Assembly (NCBI GenBank): GCA_964574035.1
Contig: CAZNLD010000006.1
Span: 1 to 61,040, forward strand
Direction of reading: 5' to 3'
Length of the DNA: 61,040 nt
Source: Candidatus Undinarchaeota archaeon
Lineage (GTDB): Archaea > Undinarchaeota > Undinarchaeia > Undinarchaeales > JALTGF01
This document shows, piece by piece, positions 29,120 through 37,802 of the stretch; positions within the stretch are counted from its first letter, which is position 1, and every line of letters starts with the position of its first letter. Position numbers and translations under genes: made by a program. The notes under the pieces are model-generated. The model searched no databases. It had not been told where the DNA came from and was given only the letters and a program-made list of their open reading frames with translations.

Positions 29120-30332
29120 TTGTTAAGTTTTTATACACCTCATCTGCATCTTTTTCAATGAACATTTTTAAGAGGTTGTCTACTTTATTTGTTTCCTTAT
29201 AATTTAAATCTTCTAGATGTTTTTTTAGAGTTTCCAGGCCGAGTTCTTCTACTGGAATCTGTTTTTTTCTCATTTTTTTAAGCAGTTCTTTTTTACTTAC
29301 AGACCCATAACTCAAAAGCTTTTGCCTTCCGATTCTTAAAATGAATTTATCTGAATATTTTCTTTCCAAACTGCCTACAGTTAAGTCGGACGTTTCAAAG
29401 CCTTTTTTAAGAGTTCCCTCTAAAACTATTCTAACCAACGGTTTTCTTTCTTCAGTTTCAATCCCTTTAATTGTATTTTCTATTTTCTCTTTAACTTCGT
29501 CAGGTTTCAGGTCTTTGAATTTTACTTCTTTGTAATGTTGCTTTCTTGCAGTTGAAAGTTTTTTGCTTGTTATATTTCCATTTTCAATAATCCAAATTCT
29601 TTTCGGTTTTTGACTTTCAATTTTTCTTATTTGAGTACTTACTGTTGAACCGGCGAGCAGGAAATTGTTTCCTTTCAGTTCCATCCGGTCGCTCCAGTGG
29701 ACGTGCCCGTCTATAATCAAATCAAAACCTTCTGGAAGGTCTTCTAAATTTATAACTGAATGTTCATCTTCAGAATAGACATACTGGCCTATATTTTGGT
29801 GAAGCATTAAAATGTTGTATGCATTTTCAACTGGTTTTGGGCCCCATTTTTCAAGAACAGTCCTTGCATATTTTTCAGGAACATTTGACATTCCGTGGAC
29901 TGCGATTTTTTCTCCGTTCTTTTCAAAGACTGCGGATGCCGTATGCAGATGAATTAAAAGACCGGCGTCTTCAAGGAGCTGGACTGGGTTTGTGTATCCT
30001 TTTCCTCTTCTGTCATGGTTGCCATTTAGAGAAATAACAGGAGTCCCTTTCAAAACTAATTCAGGCACTTCTTTTTTGTTCTTGCCTTCTAAAGAATTAA
30101 GTTTGACATCTGATTTTTTTGAAAGCGTTTTTCTAAAAATATTCATTGCCTTTCCAAGAACTTCTTGGTTAGGAACTCTGTCATCAAAAATATCTCCTGT
30201 AACTAAAATTATATCTGCATTTTCCTTAAGAGCTTTGTCTACTGCTTCTTCCGCCTGTCTGAACGAATCTTTAGCTCTTTCAGTATTACTGGAATATCCT
30301 AAATGCATGTCCCCAATAACTGCCACTTTCAT
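29112..30332 (-). CDS. mre11: DNA double-strand break repair nuclease Mre11
   Basis: GDMHLG, GDIFD, GNHD, LHQ and GHVH phosphoesterase motifs. Confidence 0.94.
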   Translation of the reverse strand: MKVAVIGDMHLGYSSNTERAKDSFRQAEEAVDKALKENADIILVTGDIFDDRVPNQEVLGKAMNIFRKTLSKKSDVKLNSLEGKNKKEVPELVLKGTPVISLNGNHDRRGKGYTNPVQLLEDAGLLIHLHTASAVFEKNGEKIAVHGMSNVPEKYARTVLEKWGPKPVENAYNILMLHQNIGQYVYSEDEHSVINLEDLPEGFDLIIDGHVHWSDRMELKGNNFLLAGSTVSTQIRKIESQKPKRIWIIENGNITSKKLSTARKQHYKEVKFKDLKPDEVKEKIENTIKGIETEERKPLVRIVLEGTLKKGFETSDLTVGSLERKYSDKFILRIGRQKLLSYGSVSKKELLKKMRKKQIPVEELGLETLKKHLEDLNYKETNKVDNLLKMFIEKDADEVYKNLTNE

Positions 30333-30410
30333 GCAAATGAATAAGGATTCAAAGTTTATTAACTTTTAAGAATTGACAAAGTTTTTAAATTGTTTAGTCT
30401 TAAATAGGAT

Positions 30411-31130
30411 ATGGCTTTACCAATAAATCCCTGGATAATGCTGATTCTGACATTTATAGCAGCGGTTTATTTATTTGTAGTTCTTTCAATGGCTTTCAAA
30501 GAAAAAACATTTGTTTCAAGTTTAACTCTGCTACTTGTTTTCATATTCATAATAACCTATGTTTTCAGACCTGGCTATATTGGGAGGTTTGCACTTTCAA
30601 TGAACCATATAATCGGCGGTTCTTCGTATACTTTGATAACATATATGTTTCTGCATGCAAGTATCCCGCACATCTTTTTGAATTCTCTTGCTCTGCTGTT
30701 TTTCGGATATAATATTGAGAAAGAGTTTGCCGCTCCTGTAATGTTCATGATTTTTTTAACTTCAGGATTAACCGGTGGGGCTGTTTTTCTTTTAACTTCT
30801 TCCCCTTCTGCTTCAGTTGTAGGGGCTTCAGGTTCAATTTTTGGCTTAATGGCTTATTTGACTTTGATAAGACCGTTTAAAATCAGTCCAATGCCTTTCT
30901 TAATACCTCTCCCTGTTTCTTTGGCTGCCGCGATTTATACAGTTATAGCTATTCCTCTTTTTATGACTGGTGAAATGGGGGTTGTAGCTCATAATGCACA
31001 CATCGGCGGGATGATAGGCGGAGCTTTAATGGCATTTGGAATGAATAAACAGCAGGCTTTAAAAGGACTTGTTGTATTTGTTTTCCTGCTTCTTTTGGTA
31101 ATTGTTGTACCGAGAATATTATTCGTTTAG
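30411..31130 (+). CDS. rhomboid family intramembrane serine protease
   Basis: MFLHASIPHIFLNS, GASGS, AHIGG. Confidence 0.93.
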   Translation: MALPINPWIMLILTFIAAVYLFVVLSMAFKEKTFVSSLTLLLVFIFIITYVFRPGYIGRFALSMNHIIGGSSYTLITYMFLHASIPHIFLNSLALLFFGYNIEKEFAAPVMFMIFLTSGLTGGAVFLLTSSPSASVVGASGSIFGLMAYLTLIRPFKISPMPFLIPLPVSLAAAIYTVIAIPLFMTGEMGVVAHNAHIGGMIGGALMAFGMNKQQALKGLVVFVFLLLLVIVVPRILFV

Positions 31131-31131
31131 A

Positions 31132-31992
31132 TTAGGTTGCCGCTAAAAGTCTTTGAAGTTCTAAAACAATATCAAATAAGTTCTCTTTTTGGTGTTTCTC
31201 TTGTATTTCTTCTTCTTTTTTATCCATTGTTTCAGAGCCGGTAGTTCCTAAAAGATTAGCGAGGTTATGAGGTGTATTTGATCCTTTAATTTTATTGAAA
31301 ACATCAGGACAGGTTAATGCATCTGTAAATCCAGTATAATATGCTTTTTCCATTTCTTCTTCAAGTGATTTATATCTTAATTCGTATGTTTTTTCTTTTG
31401 TTTTATTTTTATATAGTTTATCAAGAAGTTCTGAATATTTTTTTGCAGAATTATGAAAAATGGAAACTATCTCCTTTTCATCTGAGACACCGAAATTTCT
31501 TTCTTCAAACTTGTCTTTATCTTTTTGTTCATCTTTAAATTTCAGATAGTTCTTTCCAGCCTTGCTTTTTCTTCCTCCGTGTTTTTTAAGTATTAAATTA
31601 TATGCATTTATCAGGTCTTCCTGATTCAAATTTCCCTTTTCTTCATCTTCCGCCATTTTCTCAAAAACATCATATACTCCTGCTAGATAAAGAATTGATA
31701 TATATCCGTCAAATTCCTCCATCATCTTTAAAAGAAGTTTTCTTCTTTCCTCCAGCATCTCTCTAAATTTTATTTTTTGTTTTTCTTTAGCATTATCTTC
31801 TTTTTTGAAAATACCCAGCATTGCAACAGATAATTTAGGGAGCCTGCCGCCTTCAATTTCAGTACTGAGGGTGTCAATTCTCTTATCAATGGTTTTAATT
31901 AAGTTTTTTATTAATCCGAGGGGTTTTAGTTTTTCAACAGCTTTTTTATATTCCTCTTCAGAAAATTCAAGATACTTTTTTGCAACGTTCAT
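31132..31992 (-). CDS. hypothetical helical protein
   Basis: 286-aa K/E-rich ORF; no motif recognised. Confidence 0.65.
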   Translation of the reverse strand: MNVAKKYLEFSEEEYKKAVEKLKPLGLIKNLIKTIDKRIDTLSTEIEGGRLPKLSVAMLGIFKKEDNAKEKQKIKFREMLEERRKLLLKMMEEFDGYISILYLAGVYDVFEKMAEDEEKGNLNQEDLINAYNLILKKHGGRKSKAGKNYLKFKDEQKDKDKFEERNFGVSDEKEIVSIFHNSAKKYSELLDKLYKNKTKEKTYELRYKSLEEEMEKAYYTGFTDALTCPDVFNKIKGSNTPHNLANLLGTTGSETMDKKEEEIQEKHQKENLFDIVLELQRLLAAT

Positions 31993-32017
31993 GAACCTTA
32001 GTTCTTTTTGTCTCTAT

Positions 32018-32329
32018 TTATTTCTTTTTCTTGGCTTTCTTCTTAGCTTTCTTTTTGCCTTTAACCTTTTCCTGCTTGAAAATTAGATGATCGCATTCAG
32101 AACATACCAAAGTATACGGTTTCTTGAATTCGTCTTTACCGGAGTCTTCATGTCCGCATTCAGGGCAGAGGTAAGCGTATTTCATTTTGTTGCCTTCATT
32201 TTTCCTGAATAGGACAAATATGTTTTCCCTTCTGCACAAGTAGTTCGGAGAATTATCATTCCAGATATAGTCTCTAGCTTCTTTCTCTAGTTTCTTAACA
32301 GACTTCCCTTTTCCTTTTTTCTCTGCCAT
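32018..32329 (-). CDS. small zinc-ribbon protein
   Basis: CPECG and CSEC motifs with a Lys-rich tail; abuts rpl12. Confidence 0.7.
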   Translation of the reverse strand: MAEKKGKGKSVKKLEKEARDYIWNDNSPNYLCRRENIFVLFRKNEGNKMKYAYLCPECGHEDSGKDEFKKPYTLVCSECDHLIFKQEKVKGKKKAKKKAKKKK

Positions 32330-32647
32330 TTAACCGAAAAGTGCGCCAAGTCCTTCAGATGCGGCTTCTTCTTCCTGTTTCTTCTCTTCTTCAGACTTTT
32401 CTTTCTTTTCTTTTTTCTTTTCTTCGCCGCCTTCCGCAGGTGCTGCTGCAGCTGGTGCAGCTGCCGGTGCGACCGCTGCTTCTGAGATAGCTTTTTCAAT
32501 ATCAACGTCTTCAAGACTTGCAGTTAAAGCCTTAATTTTGGCTTCGTCTATATCTTCGCCTGTAGCCTTGATGACCTTTTTGAGACTAGCTTCGTCTACT
32601 TTCTTTCCTGCAGAATGCAATAGCATTGCGCCATATATATATTCCAT
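32330..32647 (-). CDS. rpl12p: 50S ribosomal stalk protein P1 (L12p)
   Basis: MEYIYGAMLLH, Ala-rich hinge, EGLGALFG C-terminus; GGAGGT Shine-Dalgarno. Confidence 0.96.
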   Translation of the reverse strand: MEYIYGAMLLHSAGKKVDEASLKKVIKATGEDIDEAKIKALTASLEDVDIEKAISEAAVAPAAAPAAAAPAEGGEEKKKEKKEKSEEEKKQEEEAASEGLGALFG

Positions 32648-32707
32648 AATTACCTCCAATAGTAGCAGTTGTAATGTAAGTACTCCTTTTTAAAGTTATT
32701 GGTGTTT

Positions 32708-32826
32708 AATGGTTAATAGTTTATGGTTATTGGTTTATGGTTAATAGTTTGATACATAGTTGGCAGCTTTTGGTTATTTAGTACCGCCTACCGCCAACCA
32801 CTTACTACTTACCGCCAACTACTAAC
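32708..32826. repeat. heptamer-flanked dispersed element
   Basis: ATGGTTA/ATAGTTT 7-mers, core CATAGTTGGCAGCTTTTGGTTATTT (same as in the 49459-49585 copy), then ACCGCCT/ACCGCCA 7-mers. Confidence 0.7.
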
Positions 32827-32844
32827 CAATTAAAAAAGGCTGAG

Positions 32845-32861
32845 GTGGGACCGGTGTGATT
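32845..32861 (-). repeat. degenerate duplication of the tRNA-Pro 3' end (att-like)
   Basis: GTGGGACCGGTGTGATT versus GTGGGACCGGTGAGATT at 32952-32968. Confidence 0.75.
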
Positions 32862-32952
32862 CCGCCCTTTTTCTTTTCGCAAAAAGAAAAAGTGCAGGTT
32901 GCCCAAAAAGAAAAGGCAGATTATAACCCATAAGTATGAAATATATTAATAG

Positions 32953-33144
32953 TGGGACCGGTGAGATTTGAACTCACGATCACTACCAATTTGTCAACCC
33001 TTAACCATTGTGCTAGTGTCGCTTCGCGAAGCGAATGCGGCACCTGTTTTCGCCAGCCTTTTCAGGATGGCGTATGTTCGCACCAGTTTACAGGTTAAAA
33101 GGCTGGCCCCAAGGTAGCATCCTCCCAAGCTAGACCACGGCCCC
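32953..33144 (-). tRNA. tRNA-Pro(GGG) with a 118-nt intron at position 37/38 (intron 32989-33106)
   Basis: Exon 1 GGGGCCGTGGTCTAGCTTGGGAGGATGCTACCTTGGGG; exon 2 TGGTAGTGATCGTGAGTTCAAATCTCACCGGTCCCA; relaxed bulge-helix-bulge junction. Confidence 0.88.
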
Positions 33145-33212
33145 AAACTTTTACACTATAATTATCCTAACAGCAAGAAATATAAATAAACACTCCTAAA
33201 TAGTTTTCTGAA

Positions 33213-33794
33213 ATGGTAAAACAAAAGGCAATTGATTTGGGCGAGCATTTTTCTGCTCATGTACACGGGATGATTCTCCACCCAAAAGCAACCATAAGAA
33301 AGATAGTCAGAGAACCTATTGACATAAAAGATTTATGGGTGCCTTTCGCAGTGGTTTTGGTTGCATCTGTAATGACTTCAATAGGCAGATATATCTGGAG
33401 CATTGCAGTAGAGCCATCAATTTTGATTTCACTGGGCCATACAATTTATTTCTTTGCAGATTTAATCTTATTAAGACCCTTTTGGATGATTTTCATTGTC
33501 TGGATTTTCACTTCACTGGTGCTTCATTTTATAGGCTCCATTGTAAGCGGACATGACATTACTGACTGGAAAATACTGCATAAAACATTAAAATTGACAG
33601 GGGTAGCCGCCTCACCGGCTTTTCTAAATATACTTCCATACTTCTTTATGTTTACGGGCTTCTGGTCATATGCACTTATCTTTTGGTCCATGAAAGAAAA
33701 TTATTCTGTATCGGATGAAGGCGCATTCGTTGTAACTGCCCCGTTCCTTGCAGGAGTAGTTTTCATAGCGCTAATAAGATTAGGCTTATTATGA
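33213..33794 (+). CDS. Yip1 domain membrane protein
   Basis: MILHPKATIRKI start, about five TM segments, LHFIGSIVSG, GVAASP. Confidence 0.75.
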   Translation: MVKQKAIDLGEHFSAHVHGMILHPKATIRKIVREPIDIKDLWVPFAVVLVASVMTSIGRYIWSIAVEPSILISLGHTIYFFADLILLRPFWMIFIVWIFTSLVLHFIGSIVSGHDITDWKILHKTLKLTGVAASPAFLNILPYFFMFTGFWSYALIFWSMKENYSVSDEGAFVVTAPFLAGVVFIALIRLGLL

Positions 33795-33888
33795 TTTGAG
33801 GAATGTTTATATTCCTCTTCATTGATTAAATGAGTTAAATTGAAGTATATTTACTATCAACCATTAACTAGATACCATCTACTAAAAT

Positions 33889-33974
33889 GCGGGAGTACCC
33901 GAGTCTGGTCTAAGGGGCAGGACTTAAGATCCTGTGGCTTAGTGCCTTCGCAGGTTCGAATCCTGCCTCCCGCA
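33889..33974 (+). tRNA. tRNA-Leu(TAA)
   Basis: GCGGGAG acceptor stem, CAGGA-CTTAAGA-TCCTG anticodon arm, long variable arm, GGTTCGAATCC. Confidence 0.96.
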
Positions 33975-34028
33975 TAAATTGTAAGGCAAGGGAGACTTGT
34001 GCAGCGACAAACTACAAGGTCTGCACAT

Positions 34029-34045
34029 TGCCTCCCGCATAAATT
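34029..34045 (+). repeat. 17-bp duplication of the tRNA-Leu(TAA) 3' end and trailer
   Basis: TGCCTCCCGCATAAATT is identical to 33964-33980. Confidence 0.85.
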
Positions 34046-34094
34046 TATTCTCTCCACTAAATTTAAATAAACAATAAAACTTAGAGTGTATGTT

Positions 34095-35543
34095 ATGGCA
34101 GACGAACCGGAACTTGTAGGAATAACTGCAAAGAAGGATGAAGACTTCAGCGAATGGTATAATCAGGTTGTTCTTAAAGCAGACCTTGCTGATTTTACTG
34201 CAATTAAGGGTTTCATGGCAATAAAACCTAATGCATACGAAGTCTGGGAGAAAATACAGGGCTGGTTCAATGAAAAAATTAAAAAAACAGGGCACAGAAA
34301 TGCGTATGCTCCGGCCTTGATACCTGAATCTTTTTTAAAAAAGGAAAAAGAGCATTTAGAAGGATTTACACCGGAGGCTTTCTGGATAACTCATGAAGGA
34401 CCTAAAGAACTGGATGAAAGATACGCACTCAGGCCCACTTCAGAAACAATAATTTATGATTCATATTCAAAATGGATAACTAGCTGGAGAGACCTCCCTC
34501 TGTTATTCAACTACTGGAATTCTGTTTTCAGATATGAAACAAAGATGACTAAACTTTTCTTAAGAACAAGAGAATTTCTCTGGCAGGAAGGACATACAGT
34601 TCATGCAACTGAAGAAGGGGCAAAGAAGGAAATGATGGACCAGATTAAACTTTACAAAAAACTGGCAGAAGATCTTCTAGCTATTCCTGTAATTACTGGT
34701 ATAAAGTCGGAAAGCGAGAAATTTGCCGGAGCTGAAACAACTACGACAATTGAAGGCTTAATGCCTGATAGAAAAGCTCTGCAGATGGGCACTTCTCATA
34801 ATTTAGGACAAAATTTCTCAAAACCATTCAATCTTAAATTTTTAGGAAAGGATGAAAAAGAAAAATATGCATGGAATACCAGCTGGGGCTTTTCAACTAG
34901 ATTAATCGGGGCTCTAATCATGGTTCACGGAGATGATAAGGGATTGGTCATGCCGCCAAAAGTGGCTCCTACGCAGGCTGTTATTGTACCAATTATATTT
35001 GAAGATACAAAAGACAAGGTTTTGAAAAAAGCTAAAGAAATTGAAGAAAAGCTCTCTGAAACTTTTTCAGTTAAGCTGGATGACAGAGAGAACTATACAG
35101 CCGGCTGGAAATTCAACGAATGGGAGCTGTATGGCGTGCCTGTACGAGTAGAGATTGGTCCGAAAGACCTTAAGAAAGGACAGGTTGTACTTGTAAGGAG
35201 AGATACCGGCGAAAAAGCATTTGTTAAAGAAAAGGATGTAACCACGGCATTAGAAAGCCTTACTAAAGATATTCAGGAGAATTTATATAGAAAAGCAGAG
35301 GAATTTTTAAAAGAAAATACTCATTTCGTCAAAAATTATGAAGAATTCAGGAAAATAATGGATGAAAAAAGAGGATTTATTAAAGCTTCCTGGTGCGGTT
35401 CTCAGGAATGCGAAGACAAAATACAGGAAGAAACTACTGCAACTGTAAGAGCAATACCTTTCAACTCAAAAAAAGGAGGGAAATGCATATACTGTGGCAA
35501 GAAAGCCGAATATAAAGAAGTCTACTTTGCAAAAAGCTACTAA
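34095..35543 (+). CDS. proS: proline--tRNA ligase (archaeal/eukaryotic type)
   Basis: DFSEWY, LRPTSET, FLRTREFLWQEGHT, QMGTSHNLGQNF, FAKSY C-terminus. Confidence 0.97.
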   Translation: MADEPELVGITAKKDEDFSEWYNQVVLKADLADFTAIKGFMAIKPNAYEVWEKIQGWFNEKIKKTGHRNAYAPALIPESFLKKEKEHLEGFTPEAFWITHEGPKELDERYALRPTSETIIYDSYSKWITSWRDLPLLFNYWNSVFRYETKMTKLFLRTREFLWQEGHTVHATEEGAKKEMMDQIKLYKKLAEDLLAIPVITGIKSESEKFAGAETTTTIEGLMPDRKALQMGTSHNLGQNFSKPFNLKFLGKDEKEKYAWNTSWGFSTRLIGALIMVHGDDKGLVMPPKVAPTQAVIVPIIFEDTKDKVLKKAKEIEEKLSETFSVKLDDRENYTAGWKFNEWELYGVPVRVEIGPKDLKKGQVVLVRRDTGEKAFVKEKDVTTALESLTKDIQENLYRKAEEFLKENTHFVKNYEEFRKIMDEKRGFIKASWCGSQECEDKIQEETTATVRAIPFNSKKGGKCIYCGKKAEYKEVYFAKSY

Positions 35544-35558
35544 TTCTTATAATTTCTA

Positions 35559-35753
35559 TTATTTCTCAAACTTGTTTAGTTCGTCAATTAGGTCGACCTG
35601 AGTTAAGAGCATTCTTCTGCAGCAGTATCTGTCTAATCCTAGACTGTCAAGAACTTCTTTCGGGTTTTCTCCCTTATCAATTCTCTTCTTAAACTGCTCG
35701 TATTCAGCTCCTATTGGTTTTCCGCATGTAAAACATCTGACTGGTATAATCAT
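35559..35753 (-). CDS. rpoN: DNA-directed RNA polymerase subunit N (Rpo10)
   Basis: [19 protein letters not shown]. Confidence 0.97.
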   Translation of the reverse strand: MIIPVRCFTCGKPIGAEYEQFKKRIDKGENPKEVLDSLGLDRYCCRRMLLTQVDLIDELNKFEK

Positions 35754-35760
35754 TTTAGTA

Positions 35761-36171
35761 TCACCTGTAACTCTTCTGCTTCTTTGCTCTCGGAGAAGAT
35801 CTGTTCGGCTTGTTCGGTTCTCTTTGCCTTGCGTCTCCTGAGAGTATTTTATCGTCGTAGTTTGTCAAAACCTTTTTAATTTCCTTGTCATTTGCCCAGT
35901 CAACCACTCCTCGTGCAATTGCAACTCTTGCAGCTGCCGCCTGGCTGACCTTTCCTCCGCCCCAGGTTTTAACTCTAATATTTAATTTTTTAATTGTGTC
36001 TTCAATTAATGAGAATGGATCTGCAATGATATTTCTTTCATATGTTGAGCCCCATATATTCAAAGGTTTAGAATTAATTTTAATTTCTCCTTTTCCTTTT
36101 TTAATAGTAGCTCTTGCTTTTGCCGACTTCTTCTTTCCGATTTTTACAACAACATTATTTTTCTTGCTCAT
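35761..36171 (-). CDS. rps9p: 30S ribosomal protein uS9
   Basis: [27 protein letters not shown]. Confidence 0.95.
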   Translation of the reverse strand: MSKKNNVVVKIGKKKSAKARATIKKGKGEIKINSKPLNIWGSTYERNIIADPFSLIEDTIKKLNIRVKTWGGGKVSQAAAARVAIARGVVDWANDKEIKKVLTNYDDKILSGDARQREPNKPNRSSPRAKKQKSYR

Positions 36172-36587
36172 TTTTTACCGCCTAATTTCTTTGAAAGTTT
36201 TTCAAGACGTATATATCTTTTCTTTTCAACATCCCCGATTTTCGCTTCTTCTATTGTTTCCGCTTTCTTATCTTTAAATTTTTCAGGCACGCCTCTATAG
36301 GTTTTAATTCTTCCGTATGCTTCCTTGCCTCTCTTCTTTTTATATGGGAGCATACCTCTAATTGTTCTTCTTAGAATTCTGTCAGATCTTTTCGGGAAGA
36401 AAGGACCTCTGTACCTGCTTCCTATGTCCTGTCTTTTCTTATACTTTTCAAAATTAGTTTCTTTACTACCTGAAATTATTGCTTTTTCCGAATTAAGAAT
36501 GACAAACTCCTCCCCTTCCAGTGCTTCTTTAGCTATTCTGGTTGCAATCCTTCCTGCTTTTAAATTAGTTGCATCAATTACTTTCAT
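36168..36587 (-). CDS. rpl13p: 50S ribosomal protein uL13
   Basis: VIDATNLKAGRIA, GPFFPKR, RRTIRGMLP. Confidence 0.95.
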   Translation of the reverse strand: MKVIDATNLKAGRIATRIAKEALEGEEFVILNSEKAIISGSKETNFEKYKKRQDIGSRYRGPFFPKRSDRILRRTIRGMLPYKKKRGKEAYGRIKTYRGVPEKFKDKKAETIEEAKIGDVEKKRYIRLEKLSKKLGGKK

Positions 36588-36940
36588 TTTATAATTTTAA
36601 CTCCCTTTGCCTGCGGATTTTTCTTCATTAAGTCTTCAATATCCAGGCAGCTTCCTTCTGCTTTAATAATCTGTTTTTTAGCATTTTTTGTTGCATTAAA
36701 TGAATATACATCTACCTTATGGTCCATTTTTCCGCTTCCAAGGACTTTTCCGGGAATTACAACCTTATCTCCTTTTTCAGTAATTTCATTAAGCCGATCC
36801 ATGTTGATTTCAGCCCAGTTTCCTGCAGGCTTTTCCAGATTTTCGGCTAGTGCTTTCCATAGAGCTACTCCTTCTTTCTTTGAAAGCTTATACAAATCCT
36901 GTATAAGGCTGCTTATTCTTGGATTGGTTTTATTTTTCAT
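36584..36940 (-). CDS. rpl18e: 50S ribosomal protein eL18
   Basis: KTNP, VVIPGKVLGSG; conserved operon position. Confidence 0.94.
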   Translation of the reverse strand: MKNKTNPRISSLIQDLYKLSKKEGVALWKALAENLEKPAGNWAEINMDRLNEITEKGDKVVIPGKVLGSGKMDHKVDVYSFNATKNAKKQIIKAEGSCLDIEDLMKKNPQAKGVKIIK

Positions 36941-36999
36941 AATGCAGAGAATAACTATCTCATAACATGTTTTTAAACCTTTTGCTATTAAGAAAAACC

Positions 37000-37722
37000 T
37001 TATTTATTCTTTTTCAGGGCTTTTTCAAACTTTTCTTTCTTTTTTGATTTTTTTCCCATTGCCTTTGAAAGTTCTTTTCCTGTTCTTCTTCTGCTTGCTT
37101 CGTCGAACTCTTCAACCTGTTTGAAAACATCCGTTCCCAGCATTGCTATTGCAAGTATGCTTGCTAAAAGTGCAATGCCGTACCAGAATTTTGCATTTTC
37201 CGAGAAAGGAAGTGAAGTTTCTTCCTGAACCGGCCCCTCTCCAGTTGAAATCTGGTTTGTAATTTCGGCTTTCGGCTTTTCAGGTTCAATAACTGTCAGT
37301 TCAAGATTTCCTAGTGTAAAAGTTCCTTCGTTTGTGTATATTCTGTAAGGTGTTGAATATGTTTTTAGTTCAGCGTCGAGTGGAACATCTAAATAAACCA
37401 TGAATGATTTTTCTTCTCCCGGTGGAATTACTCCAATGCTTGTCGGGGCGGTGTCATACCAGCTTTCGTCAATTGTGTAGAGTTCAAGTCTTGTATATGA
37501 AACTCCGCATGAAACATTATGAATTTTTACTTCAAAAGAAGCGGTACTTCCCTGATAGATATCCATTGTTTCCGGAGCATCTATACTGATTTTGCTTCTG
37601 CAGTTTGAAGGAATGCCTACAATGTATCCGCTTATCCCGCTGCTTAGGACTACTGTACTTAAAATAACTAGTGCAACTAAAACTCCAAGTATCACTTTTT
37701 TTGCAAAAGGTTCTGAATCCAT
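37000..37722 (-). CDS. membrane protein with an Ig-like extracellular domain
   Basis: N-terminal TM, beta-rich IPPGEEKSF-type domain, C-terminal TM with basic tail. Confidence 0.7.
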   Translation of the reverse strand: MDSEPFAKKVILGVLVALVILSTVVLSSGISGYIVGIPSNCRSKISIDAPETMDIYQGSTASFEVKIHNVSCGVSYTRLELYTIDESWYDTAPTSIGVIPPGEEKSFMVYLDVPLDAELKTYSTPYRIYTNEGTFTLGNLELTVIEPEKPKAEITNQISTGEGPVQEETSLPFSENAKFWYGIALLASILAIAMLGTDVFKQVEEFDEASRRRTGKELSKAMGKKSKKKEKFEKALKKNK

Positions 37723-37802
37723 GTTTTATTTGTGTAGTCTGAAGCATTTAAACTTTTCCATCAATATTAAATGTTTTATAATGGGGCGTATTACAAATAA
37801 AT

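Noticed and set aside
33822-33842. Possible further TTAACT-N6-AGTTAA site (TTGATTAAATGAGTTAAATT)
   Set aside because: The left arm and spacer are incomplete and cannot be told from chance in AT-rich DNA
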